DNA of 63,151 bases, counting the filler, from Octopus bimaculoides (lineage: Eukaryota): the NCBI RefSeq assembly GCF_001194135.2. It is 5 parts of 5 records of this genome, joined end to end, with 100 filler letters (N's around TTAATTAATTAA, not from the genome) between each part and the next. Parts side by side here need not be neighbours in the genome. Positions count along the whole stretch, not along the records: positions 1 to 30,376 come from NC_068991.1; 4 more parts are not named here. One strand, written 5' to 3'. Below the pieces are notes generated by a model. The model made no database searches and had not been told where the DNA came from. It saw only the letters and a list, made by a program, of their open reading frames with translations. The translations under genes and the position numbers were made by a program. Below are positions 1 through 10,660 of this stretch, in pieces (the first letter of the stretch is position 1; each line of letters starts with the position of its first letter).

Positions 1-216
1 TTTTATGGGCAATTTGATTTTATATATGTTTCTTAATCGAAATTTTTTAATTGGCAATAAACCTATTTGTAAAATACTGTTAAATAAATAAATGTAAAAA
101 TATATGTTATTTTAAGCAAATATTTATGTATAAATTTCATAAGCGTTTATAAGGGGTCCCTAAGGTAAACCTGAAATATAAAGGGGTCCGCAAGTCAAAA
201 AGTTTGAAAACCCCTG
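1..216. mobile_element. Terminal part of a hAT-like DNA transposon/MITE
   Basis: Ends in GTTTGAAAACCCCTG (reverse complement CAGGGGTTTTCAAAC, a hAT/Charlie-type TIR) at 202-216, with two subterminal AAGGGGTCC copies. The other end is not in the window. Confidence 0.55.
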
Positions 217-1029
217 CATTAGAACACTAAGACAGAACCTTAATGGGCCTGTTCCCTTTAACATCATGCCAAGACACACGAGGAAAGAAAAAGAGCTCGT
301 AATATTCAAATGTTTCCAAGACAACAAATTTCAGATAAACCATCTACGTCCGGATATATCTCTCCAAACATAGCTGCCTAAACGGTTTCCTTTGATGTGC
401 TGTGGTCCCGTAATCATGAAACGTGATTGAATGTCATCCCTTTTGATGTTATTAAGTTAATCATGGCCTGCGCCAATACTGGCCGAAACCTATCTAAGTA
501 TCTAAGTACCTAAGTAACACAAACTATCTAAACTTCACTTAGACATGCACAGAATCAAAATGACTGAATCACAAAAAGTTGGAATACCGCCATTATTTAT
601 TTATTTATTTATCTATTTGTCAAAATGCCCGATCCTGACAGCGATCTTACATCACTATAGTACAATGGCAGCTACAAAATTGACTTACTAAGAGCCGTCG
701 TTACTGGACCAGACAGAAAAATCACCTCGCCGGCGGTCGCGCAACATGTCACCCGGCCAGTCCAGCATTGCTTGCTCGTACGTCCCAGCACCATTCATTT
801 TCGGGGCCGGTCCAGCCGGCAAGTAAGTTATTAAAGACACCTCTGCGCATTTTGACTTCTGTGGCCACCGTCCTGCTGTTTATATTGATCGACACTCTTA
901 CGGAGATCTAAATGGCGAAATACACATCAGACAATGTAGTCCTAAATAAACTAACAGATGTGATGGTCATGGTTAAAATGCCTTATAAAAATGGTGCTCA
1001 TTCTATTTTAGTTCACGACTTAATAGATA

Positions 1030-1394
1030 TTCTCTTCTACTCTAGGCACAAGGCTCGAAATTTTGTGGGAGGGCGACAGTCGATTAGGTCGACCTCAGTA
1101 TGCAACTGGTACTTAATTTATCGACCCCGAAAGGAGGAAAGGCAAAGTCGACCTCGGCGGAATTTGAAATCAGAACGTAAAGACAGACGAAATGCCTATT
1201 TCTTTACTGCCCACAAGGGGCTACACACAGAGGGGACAAACAAGGAAAGACAAACGGATTAAGTCGATTATATCGACTCCAGTGCGTAACTGGTACTTAA
1301 TTTATCGACCCCGAAAGGATGAAAGGCAAAGTCGACCTCGGCGGAATTTGAACTCAGAACGTAGCGGCAGACGAAATACCTATTTCTTTACTGC
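1030..1394 (-). mobile_element. SINE family A, head-to-tail chain of at least 2 copies, with a third starting at the gap
   Basis: On the minus strand: B box GAGTTCAAATTC, then central GCCTTTCATCCTTTCGGGGTCGATAAATTAAGTACC (resembles the Deu/Nin SINE domain). Two tail variants are present. Confidence 0.85.
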
Positions 1395-1912
1395 NNNNNN
1401 NNNNNNNNNNNNNNNNNNNNNNNNNNNNNNNNNNNNNNNNNNNNNNNNNNNNNNNNNNNNNNNNNNNNNNNNNNNNNNNNNNNNNNNNNNNNNNNNNNNN
1501 NNNNNNNNNNNNNNNNNNNNNNNNNNNNNNNNNNNNNNNNNNNNNNNNNNNNNNNNNNNNNNNNNNNNNNNNNNNNNNNNNNNNNNNNNNNNNNNNNNNN
1601 NNNNNNNNNNNNNNNNNNNNNNNNNNNNNNNNNNNNNNNNNNNNNNNNNNNNNNNNNNNNNNNNNNNNNNNNNNNNNNNNNNNNNNNNNNNNNNNNNNNN
1701 NNNNNNNNNNNNNNNNNNNNNNNNNNNNNNNNNNNNNNNNNNNNNNNNNNNNNNNNNNNNNNNNNNNNNNNNNNNNNNNNNNNNNNNNNNNNNNNNNNNN
1801 NNNNNNNNNNNNNNNNNNNNNNNNNNNNNNNNNNNNNNNNNNNNNNNNNNNNNNNNNNNNNNTATTTACAGATGAAAATTAGAAAATTCACCACGTATCA
1901 ACATGAAGATAT

Positions 1913-2227
1913 GTGGCTTAGTAGGTAGGGGTGTTCAGCTCAAGATCGTAAGGTCATGAGTTCGATTCCCGGCGGCGTGTTGTTTTCTTGAGCAAGACGC
2001 TTTATTTCACATTAATGCAGTCCACTCAGCTGCCAAAAATGAGTAACACCTGTATTTCAAAGGGCCAGCCTTGTCACATTCTGTGTCACGCTGAATTTCT
2101 CTTAGAATTACGTGAAGGGTACACGTGTGTGTGGAGTGCTCAGCCACTTACACGTTAAATTCAACTGCAGGCCGTTCCGTTAATCGGATCATCTGGAACC
2201 CTCGTCGTCGTAACCGACGGAGTACCA
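1913..2227 (+). mobile_element. SINE family C
   Basis: A box GTGGCTTAGTAGG and B box GAGTTCGATTCC. Body matches copies at 30122, 35700, 39355 and 41483. Confidence 0.8.
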
Positions 2228-2887
2228 GTTAATTATTCTATCAAGTTAATAAAATGAAAATTTCTAGATGTCATCTGACAAAGCATCAAGCTACTATGAG
2301 CACGTAGCAAGCACTATTTCAAATCTATGCTGACTATATGTCCATCGCCACTGTACAATCATGTATCAACGATTGAAAAAGTACTTTACAAGCTTCATAA
2401 AAGCCCCGGGGAACCACTTTCCACCAAGTGTTATAATTACATTTCTCATAATTCAACATTCACAATCGAAAATATTGAAATGGCAGCGTCATTGTTATTG
2501 TAGACACTTCTAAATCCATACCTCACGAGACTGCATTAAAAAAAATGTAAACTAAATTAGACAACTGAAACTGTCAACGTAATAAAAACCCAGATCACAT
2601 TCGTACATAATACACCAACACAACATACAACATAATACACCGACACAACATCAATATACATCATAAGACACAGAGTGGGAATAGAATTCAGCATCGAGGA
2701 AATAACAAAGGCAATAAACAACAATGATTTAACTCTTGAACGTCAAGGTTAAGTACAGGACAATAATGCAATGTTTACCAGTTTGAATACGCTAGTGACG
2801 CGTTCGAACTCGTAAACAAGCCATTCACTGTGTTTTGTTATGGAGAAAATTTCTCGCTGTAGAAAAATGGTGTAAATACATCTAAAT

Positions 2888-2986
2888 CAGCTCGCAGTGC
2901 CACCTACCCAGATTGTGAGATGCAAGCGTTTTGGAGTGGTTATCTCCTCTTCAGTCACAGAAACTGGGTGGTGGCGCTGCGAGCTG
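2888..2986 (-). ncRNA. Extended type-I hammerhead ribozyme, probably inactivated
   Basis: Minus strand: UGUGA-CUGAAGA-GGAG(AUAACCA)CUCC-AAAA-CGCUUGCA-UC-UCACA. Stem I continues past a 4x2 internal loop into a ~23-bp helix. Two deviations from consensus (GAAA>AAAA and GUC>AUC) both correspond to CpG>TpG on the plus strand (2932, 2921). Confidence 0.75.
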
Positions 2987-3234
2987 ATAAGAGAGCCAGT
3001 CAATCTCTCTTATATTATTCCAGTCGCCGTACGTCGGCTGGTAGCGCTAATCGGTGGCTGACCGCAAGTAAATCACGAGGTGGTTGTCATGGAGAAAATT
3101 TCTCGCTGTAGACAAACGGTGTAAATATATCTAAATTAGCTCGTAGTGGTACCTATCCAGACTATGAGATGCAAGGGTACAGAAGCTGGATGGTGGTGGT
3201 GCGAGCTGATAAGAGAGCCAATCTCTCTTATATT

Positions 3235-3670
3235 CTTTTCTACTCTAGGTACAAGGGCTGAAATTTTGTGGGAGGAGGTCAGTCGATTAGATCGACCCCA
3301 GTACGCAACTGGTACTTATTTCATCGACCCCGAAAGGATGAAAGGCAAAGTCGACCTCACCGGAGTTTGAACTCAGAACATAAAGACAGACGAAATACCG
3401 CTAAGCATTTCGCCCGGTGTGCTAACGTTTCTTATTTCTTTACTGCCCACAAGGGGCTATGCACAGAGGGGATAAACAAGGACAGACAAAGGGATTAAGT
3501 CGATCACATCGATCCCAGTGCGCAACTGGTACTTATTTAATCGACCCCGAAAGGATGAAAGGCAAAGTCGACCTCGGCGGAATTTGAACTCAGAACGTAA
3601 AGACAAACGAAATACCACTAAGCATTTCGCCCTGCGTGCGAACGATTCTGCCAGCTCGCCCCCTTGTCAG
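3235..3670 (-). mobile_element. SINE A dimer with 13-bp target-site duplication
   Basis: TCTCTCTTATATT at 3222-3234 and 3671-3683 flanks two fused family A copies. Confidence 0.85.
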
Positions 3671-3914
3671 TCTCTCTTATATTATTCCAGTCGTCGTACG
3701 TCGGCTGGTAGCGCTAATCGGCAGCTGACCGTAAGTAAATTACAAAGTGGGAGTACTAAGCAGTGATGTTTGTAAATGTAATGTTTTACCAGTTCGAATA
3801 TGCCGGTGGCAGGTTCGAACTCGTAAACAAATCATTCACAGTGTTTTGTCACGGAGAAAATTTCTCGCTGTAGACAAATGGTGTAAGTACACCTAAATCA
3901 GCTCTGTACAATAA

Positions 3915-4632
3915 CGGTTTCAAGTTTTGGCACAAGGCCAGCAAGTTTTAGGGATGGGTAAGTCGATTATATCGACCCAAGTGCTCAACTGCTACTTATT
4001 TTATCGACCCCCAAAAGGATGAAAGGCAAAATCGATCGTGATGGAATTTATGCTCAGAACGTAAAGACAGACGAAATGCCGCTAAACATTTTGCCCGGTG
4101 TGCTTCCAATTGTGCCAGCTCACCTCCTCAAGGGATAAAAGGTAAAGTGAACCACGGTGACATTTGAACTCAGAATGCTAAGCATTTTGTCCGGCGCAGT
4201 AACAATTCTGACAGCTCGCCACCTTTAAGTACAATATAATAATCCTTTGTACTATAGGCACAAGGCCTGAAATTTTGGGAGCAGGGGACAAGTCGATTAC
4301 ATCAACCCCAGCGCTTGACTATTCATATTTTATAGGCGCAGGAGTGGCTGTGTGGGGAACTTGAACTCAGAACATAAGGCGAGATGAAACGCCGCTTAGC
4401 ATTTTGTTCAGCGTGTAAACGATTCTTTTCTACTCTAAGGCACAAGACCCGAAATTTTGGTGGCAGGGGCCAGTCGATTAGATCAACCCCAGTACGCAAC
4501 TGGTACTTAATTTATCGACCCCGAAAGGATGAAAGGCAAAGATGACCTCGCCGGAATTTGAACTAAGAACGTAAAGATAGACGACATCTCGCTAAGCATT
4601 TCGCCCGGTCTGCTAACGTTTCGGCCAGCTCG
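3915..4632 (-). mobile_element. Cluster of four SINE A copies/fragments
   Basis: Repeated GAACTCAGAAC...GCTAAGCATTT head motifs and GGCACAAGG tail motifs, all on the same strand. Confidence 0.8.
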
Positions 4633-4990
4633 CTGTTTAAATAATGATAATGATGGTATTGACAGTGAATATAGAATCTGCAGGAAAGGCGATGAAAGTG
4701 CAGTAGCTAAGGAACACGACTGTATAGGTAAAGTAGTGCAGTGGGATGAGATGTTAGCCGAGTGTGGGGAAAATGGCATGAGCACAAACCAGGGGCTGTG
4801 ATAGAGAATAAAAATTACAGGATCTTGCTCATTAAATTAGTATTAAATTGATGATGATGATGATGATGATAAATACTGGGATCGATTTCTTCGACTAAAC
4901 ACGGACACAAAGACACTCGCACCTACATATATATACGTATGTACGTACATACATACATACATACATACATACATACATACATACATACAT

Positions 4991-5200
4991 GATGGCTGTC
5001 CCCTCGTTATCGAGTATGGCCATTGCACGAAGCTTAACTTAACGGTGCTGTGATCGAATGTGACTTTTTAGCCCAGCCAAAGATCTACAATGTCTTGCAC
5101 AGAGTTGGCATCCAAAACCTTTATTGGCAATAGCTGGCTGTTGTTGTAATTGAGCACCATGTACCTTTGCGTGTTGTTTAAGTCCTCCTGCTGAATCACA
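4991..5200 (-). mobile_element. RTE-clade LINE 3' end with two C2H2 fingers (first truncated)
   Basis: Translates to DSAGGLKQHAKVH...GCQLCARHCRSLAGLKSHIRSQHR*, followed by a short 3' UTR and an (ATGT)n tail. Confidence 0.6.
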
Positions 5201-5316
5201 TACATACATACATAGACATAGACATACATACATATATACATATATGCATGCATACATACATACATACATACACACATACATACATACACACATACATACA
5301 TACATACATACATACA

Positions 5317-5347
<31 letters not shown>

Positions 5348-5357
5348 GTACATACAT

Positions 5358-5686
5358 AGGTGGTGGTGGTGTTCTACTGCTTATGCAGAGTTTGACCACC
5401 TCCTGTACCTACTCCTTAGAACCATCATGGCAGCTGATGTGGCTTTTTAAACCAGACAATGTTTTGAAAAGANNNNNNNNNNACCATCATGGCAGCTGAT
5501 GTGGCTTTTTAAACCAGACAATGTTTTGAAAAGACACCCACATAGATTGCACCTCCGATTTGGACCACCAAAATCCGCAGATAAGTTCTAATCTTTGTGG
5601 ATCTTAAAATGTCTTTTGAGGCCTCCGTTGGATTTGCAAACCTTCTGGCATGCATTGCATTGAAAGGTGTGCACAGATATATAGGC
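5358..5686 (-). mobile_element. RTE-clade LINE 3' end with two C2H2 fingers
   Basis: FQCNACQKVCKSNGGLKRHFKIH then, after a stop in the same frame, RCNLCGCLFKTLSGLKSHISCH. The 3' motif resembles those of the neighbouring copies. About 52 bp are duplicated around the 10-N gap (assembly overlap). Confidence 0.6.
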
Positions 5687-5711
5687 ATACATACATACAT
5701 ACATACATACA

Positions 5712-5924
5712 TGATGGCCGTCCACTCGTGACCGAGGAGGACCATTGCCGACCTTCAGGAACATTGTGAGCTCTAGGACTAACTTATATTTTGTATTTGC
5801 GGCTTCGTTGGTGACTAATGAGCCCTGTTCTTGACAAGCATACAAGGCTGCAAACATTGCAGACCAAGCTTTCCCCATTCACCATACGAGCCGTGCGCTT
5901 TCGCGCAGCTCGCTTAAGTTCTTC
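5712..5924 (-). mobile_element. RTE-clade (BovB-like) LINE 3' end with one C2H2 finger
   Basis: LVCNVCSLVCLSRTGLISHQRS matches the C-terminal CxxC...SRxGLxSH motif of RTE ORF2. It ends GACGGCCATC(ATGT)n. Confidence 0.7.
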
Positions 5925-6034
5925 ATACATACATACATACATACATAAACGGCAGGCTTCCACACAGTTTCTGTCATCCAAATTCACTTTCAAAGAATTG
6001 GTCGGCAGTGGAAAACAATTAGCTAAAGTGCCAT

Positions 6035-6102
6035 ACAGAGACTGTATCATATATTAAGCGGATAAGAACAGATATTGCACTTTGATCTTAGCCAAAAGCG
6101 AG
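6035..6102 (-). pseudogene. U2: U2 snRNA 5' fragment (about nt 9-75) fused to a SINE B core
   Basis: Minus strand CTTTTGGCTAAGATCAAAGTGCAATATCTGTTCTTATCCGCTTAATATATGATAC versus U2 CTTTTGGCTAAGATCAAGTGTAGTATCTGTTCTTATCAGTTTAATATCTGATAC (U2 recalled from memory). Confidence 0.85.
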
Positions 6103-6300
6103 CCTCACACAAGACAGGTTTTCTCTATTAAATTAATCTCAAATAGCATTGGCCAACCCAAGGAAAATGTAAAAAAAACTGACCAATGTGAGTCACGTAG
6201 AGGGAACAAACAAACTTGAAACCACGTGATTGTGAACCAAACTTCTTAACCAGACAGCCGTAGGGAGTGAGTTAAAGAGAAAGGAATAGGAAGAAAGTGG

Positions 6301-6301
<1 letters not shown>

Positions 6302-6339
<38 letters not shown>

Positions 6340-6843
6340 GTAGAGAGAGAGAGAGAGAGAGATATCTCTGTTGTTTGCGTGTGTCTATATGCATGAGCAT
6401 ATATCTATGCATACATGCATTTAGATGTTATTCTGCATACATACGCGCCCGCGCACGCACACACACATATATACACACATACACGCACACACGCACATAC
6501 GTATACATAAATACGTACTTGTAATTAATTGTATGTATATATGTGTGTACATACATATACATACATCTATATACATATACATACATATATATATACGTAA
6601 TATATATATATGTATATATATATATATACATATAGAGATATATACATATATATGCATATATACATTTATTTACACACATGTATGCATATACATGGAAACA
6701 TACATACATACATACATACATACATGTCCATACACGCACATATAAATATATTTACATATATACGGTATACATACATACATACATATATACATACATACTT
6801 CAATACACACGTACGACTGTGTGTGTGATGTGTGTGTGTGTGA

Positions 6844-6870
<27 letters not shown>
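6302..6870. repeat. Compound (GA)n/(TA)n/(CA)n/(TACA)n/(GT)n microsatellite block
   Basis: Seen directly. Confidence 0.95.
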
Positions 6871-6874
<4 letters not shown>

Positions 6875-7365
6875 CCTACTGAAAGGAATAACAATCAGAA
6901 CGTCTTTTGCTCATTTACACACACACACATACACACACGTATACACAACACACACACACACGCGCTCTTCTCTTCCCCCCCTCTCTTTCTTTCTTTCTCT
7001 CCTCTCTCCTCATTATCCACTTTACAAAAATCGTTTAGATCTATAAGGTAGTACTTTGATCTGTTTTATTATTTTAAGTTTTTCTTCTCTCTTTCATATC
7101 TGAAAAAGATGAAAGATTCTAATAAACAGATCTATCGAACACTGCCACCCACTCGCCCCCATCACCCCACCACGCCAAAAAAAACAAAAACCCATCACTA
7201 TCCCCTCTATGTATTTATTATCTACTTATTTCATAATTTATTATATTTATTTATTTATTATTTATTGATTTATTATTGATTATCAAGTTAGTATAGTTTT
7301 TAGTATTATCATCAATACAAATGCTGTAACTGTTATTACTATTGTTGTTGTTGCTGTTATTGGCA

Positions 7366-7461
7366 TTCTTCTTCTTCTTCTTCTTCTTCTTCTTCTTCTT
7401 CTTCTTCTTCTTCTTCTTCTTCTTCTTCTTCTTCTTCTTCTTCTTCTTCTTCTTCTTCTTC
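7366..7461. repeat. (TTC)n microsatellite running into a gap, with (GA)n on the far side (8334-8389)
   Basis: Seen directly. Confidence 0.95.
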
Positions 7462-8334
7462 NNNNNNNNNNNNNNNNNNNNNNNNNNNNNNNNNNNNNNN
7501 NNNNNNNNNNNNNNNNNNNNNNNNNNNNNNNNNNNNNNNNNNNNNNNNNNNNNNNNNNNNNNNNNNNNNNNNNNNNNNNNNNNNNNNNNNNNNNNNNNNN
7601 NNNNNNNNNNNNNNNNNNNNNNNNNNNNNNNNNNNNNNNNNNNNNNNNNNNNNNNNNNNNNNNNNNNNNNNNNNNNNNNNNNNNNNNNNNNNNNNNNNNN
7701 NNNNNNNNNNNNNNNNNNNNNNNNNNNNNNNNNNNNNNNNNNNNNNNNNNNNNNNNNNNNNNNNNNNNNNNNNNNNNNNNNNNNNNNNNNNNNNNNNNNN
7801 NNNNNNNNNNNNNNNNNNNNNNNNNNNNNNNNNNNNNNNNNNNNNNNNNNNNNNNNNNNNNNNNNNNNNNNNNNNNNNNNNNNNNNNNNNNNNNNNNNNN
7901 NNNNNNNNNNNNNNNNNNNNNNNNNNNNNNNNNNNNNNNNNNNNNNNNNNNNNNNNNNNNNNNNNNNNNNNNNNNNNNNNNNNNNNNNNNNNNNNNNNNN
8001 NNNNNNNNNNNNNNNNNNNNNNNNNNNNNNNNNNNNNNNNNNNNNNNNNNNNNNNNNNNNNNNNNNNNNNNNNNNNNNNNNNNNNNNNNNNNNNNNNNNN
8101 NNNNNNNNNNNNNNNNNNNNNNNNNNNNNNNNNNNNNNNNNNNNNNNNNNNNNNNNNNNNNNNNNNNNNNNNNNNNNNNNNNNNNNNNNNNNNNNNNNNN
8201 NNNNNNNNNNNNNNNNNNNNNNNNNNNNNNNNNNNNNNNNNNNNNNNNNNNNNNNNNNNNNNNNNNNNNNNNNNNNNNNNNNNNNNNNNNNNNNNNNNNN
8301 NNNNNNNNNNNNNNNNNNNNNNNNNNNNNNNNNN

Positions 8335-8393
<59 letters not shown>

Positions 8394-8724
8394 AAAGAGT
8401 GCATACAGAAAACGGGTGTGGTATTCTGTGTTTTATAGAACATATACACGTTTCGGCAACTTATTAGTCATAATTTCATAACGATTGTAGAAATAATTTG
8501 TAATCTTGCACGCACTTTCTCAGTGTCCCGCAACACACATACTCACAATATAATTTTTTTTTTCTACCATGTCCATAACAGACCAGATATCCTGTTGTTT
8601 GAGAAGAGTGAACGAACTTGCTACATAAATGATGAAGCCTATCCATTTGATACAAGAACAAAAGACAAAAAAAAAACAGAAAAAAAAAACCAATTAGGTA
8701 GATATGTACCAGGACCCGAAGAGA

Positions 8725-8976
8725 GAGATAAGCAGATTGTGGAGTTGTAGAAAAAGTGAGGTCGTATCAATTGTCAATGAGGACTTGGGAACGACGGGGT
8801 AACGCCCCTTATTTTTCGAGCACAATCCGGAATATTCGAGCGGTTCCAAGCAGTGCTGTTTTCTGCAAATGCTCCACCCTTATTGCAGCCCCAATTTGTT
8901 CCGTGTACTTCTCAAGATTTTTACTCACTGTTCCCAGGGCTCCGACAATTAATTGATACTACTACCAGCTTTTTTC
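8725..8976 (-). mobile_element. R4/Dong-clade (RLE) LINE, extreme 3' end
   Basis: Minus strand IVGALGTVSKNLEKYTEQIGAAIRVEHLQKTALLGTARIFRIVLEK*, nearly identical to the C-terminus at 60825-60959. Confidence 0.85.
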
Positions 8977-9419
8977 AGCGACCACAATTCGGGTATTTGG
9001 GGGTAAAATACTAGAGCCATTACAATCGACTTGTCTCCTCTCCACAAAATTGCTGGACTTGCGCCAAAATTAGAAAGAATTATCATTATTAAAAGGTCGA
9101 TGACTTGGCAGAATCGTTAGCACGTCGGACAAAATGCTTCGTAGCATTTCTTCCGGATCTTTATGTTCTGAGATCATATCTTGCCGAGCTCAACTTTGCT
9201 GTTCATCTTTTCGAGGTCGATAAAATAAAGAACCAGTCAAAATTGCTGGCCTTGAATGAAACTTTGAAACGTTAGCTTTCTTGCTGCTACTGCTGCTGCT
9301 GCTGCTGCACTGCACGGGCTGCTACTCTCATTGTAAACATCAAATGTTCATATGTCTGGACCATATTTACAAATTTCTCCGATATACGCCGAAAAGTTTT
9401 TTATGGTTTTAATTATATA

Positions 9420-10660
9420 AGATATTCTGGAGTGAGAAGAGGGTTTAACACGATTTCCCTATTGTTGTCTTGCAAACAACTTTCACATACAAGTGCTACC
9501 AGTCGAGAACTCCGCATACCGGAAGCCAGCAAGTGTATGGGGGTCATCAGGAGAGAATGTGCGCCGTTTCGGGGCCAACCTCTCGACGGCATCAATGCGC
9601 ACCGCCCCCCCCTCACTGATATGAGTCCCTGCTTGCTAGATCAACTGGTTATTAAATAGAGCTCAATATTCGTCTAGCCATCGCTTATCATCTCTTTTTA
9701 ACCAAATCCAGAGGCTAGCCTTCTCCACGGTAGTTTGGATATCGGTCATGGTGGTATTTACCTTACGATGAATTAGGCCTAACGATAACAACAGTCGTCT
9801 CACACTGTGTCCAACAAACCCTCTACATCCGACTTCGATTGGAAAATGATATCGGACTAAAATGTTTTATAATTTCTACTAGAGTCTCTACGCGTCACAG
9901 CTGTTGGAGTAGGAGAAAGAGCTTCTTTCGCAGACAATTGCAATATTCATAAACTTTATATGAGACGCTATCACCTCCTGGGGCACTCTTTGCTCTTGCT
10001 TTTCTTACGAAGTCATTCACCTCTCTCTCCCTGATGTCCCCAATTTGGAATTCGATGTCAGGTTCTGAGAGATGATTTAGCCCATGTAGAGGTGGCAGTG
10101 GTTGGTTACGGTGCGGATCGCTGTAGGTTTCTTTGACACTAGTGTCCAATTCTTCTTTCGTGCACGATAAAGACCTACTCTTCGGTTTAGTGAACAGCTT
10201 ATTTCTTTATTGCCCACAAGGGGCTAAACATAGAGGGGACAAACAAGGACAGACAAAGGGATTAATCGATTACATCGACCCCAGTGCGTAACTGGTACTT
10301 AATTTATCGACCCCGAAAGGATGAAAGGCAAAGTCGACCTCGGCGGAATTTGAACTCAGAACGTAGCGGCAGACGAAATACCGCCAAGCATTTCGTCCGG
10401 CGTGCTAACGTTTCTGCCAGCTCGCCACCAGTGAACAGCTTCTTAGTAAACCCGTACGGGTCCTTCAGAAACTGCCCTCGAGTCCTTTTACTCTCCTTTT
10501 GACGCTCATATCGGCAGATATGTTGTTGCACATTATGACATTTCTTTTTCAAATCGTCATACAGCAGCGCGAGGCCAGGTTTTTCATCTTCTGTAGCACA
10601 TTTCCATCGCTTTCAACGGTTTTTTCTCACCGAAGAAGAGAAAGTCATTTTCTACGTCGT
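9420..10660 (-). mobile_element. HERO-type RLE LINE, internally deleted and interrupted by SINE A
   Basis: Pre-RT region LKDPYGFTKKLF...KARAKSAPGGDSVSYKVY is joined almost directly to the endonuclease end PIEVGCRGFVG...EKASLWIWLKRDD. Confidence 0.8.
10201..10429 (-). mobile_element. Full-length SINE A with 12-bp TSD
   Basis: AGTGAACAGCTT at 10189-10200 and 10430-10441. Confidence 0.9.

Larger units (their letters stand above)
2765..3904 (-). mobile_element. Retrozyme-like tandem array (~345-nt unit, about 2.5 decayed units, interrupted by a SINE A dimer)
   Basis: GGAGAAAATTTCTCGCTGTAG recurs at 2842, 3091 and 3853. Units are built from conserved hairpins, and one carries a hammerhead core. 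Confidence 0.7.

Noticed and set aside
5418-5535. Direct repeat around the 10-N gap
   Set aside because: Typical unmerged contig overlap rather than a real duplication.
8440-8485. GCCGAAACGTG on the minus strand as a decayed hammerhead
   Set aside because: No recognisable CUGANGA at the right distance.
9540-9580. GAAAC...CTGATGA on the minus strand in the HERO 3' UTR as a type-II hammerhead
   Set aside because: Both core halves are present, but the would-be stem II (GGCCCC vs CCCCC) cannot pair and there is no proper stem III/NUH.
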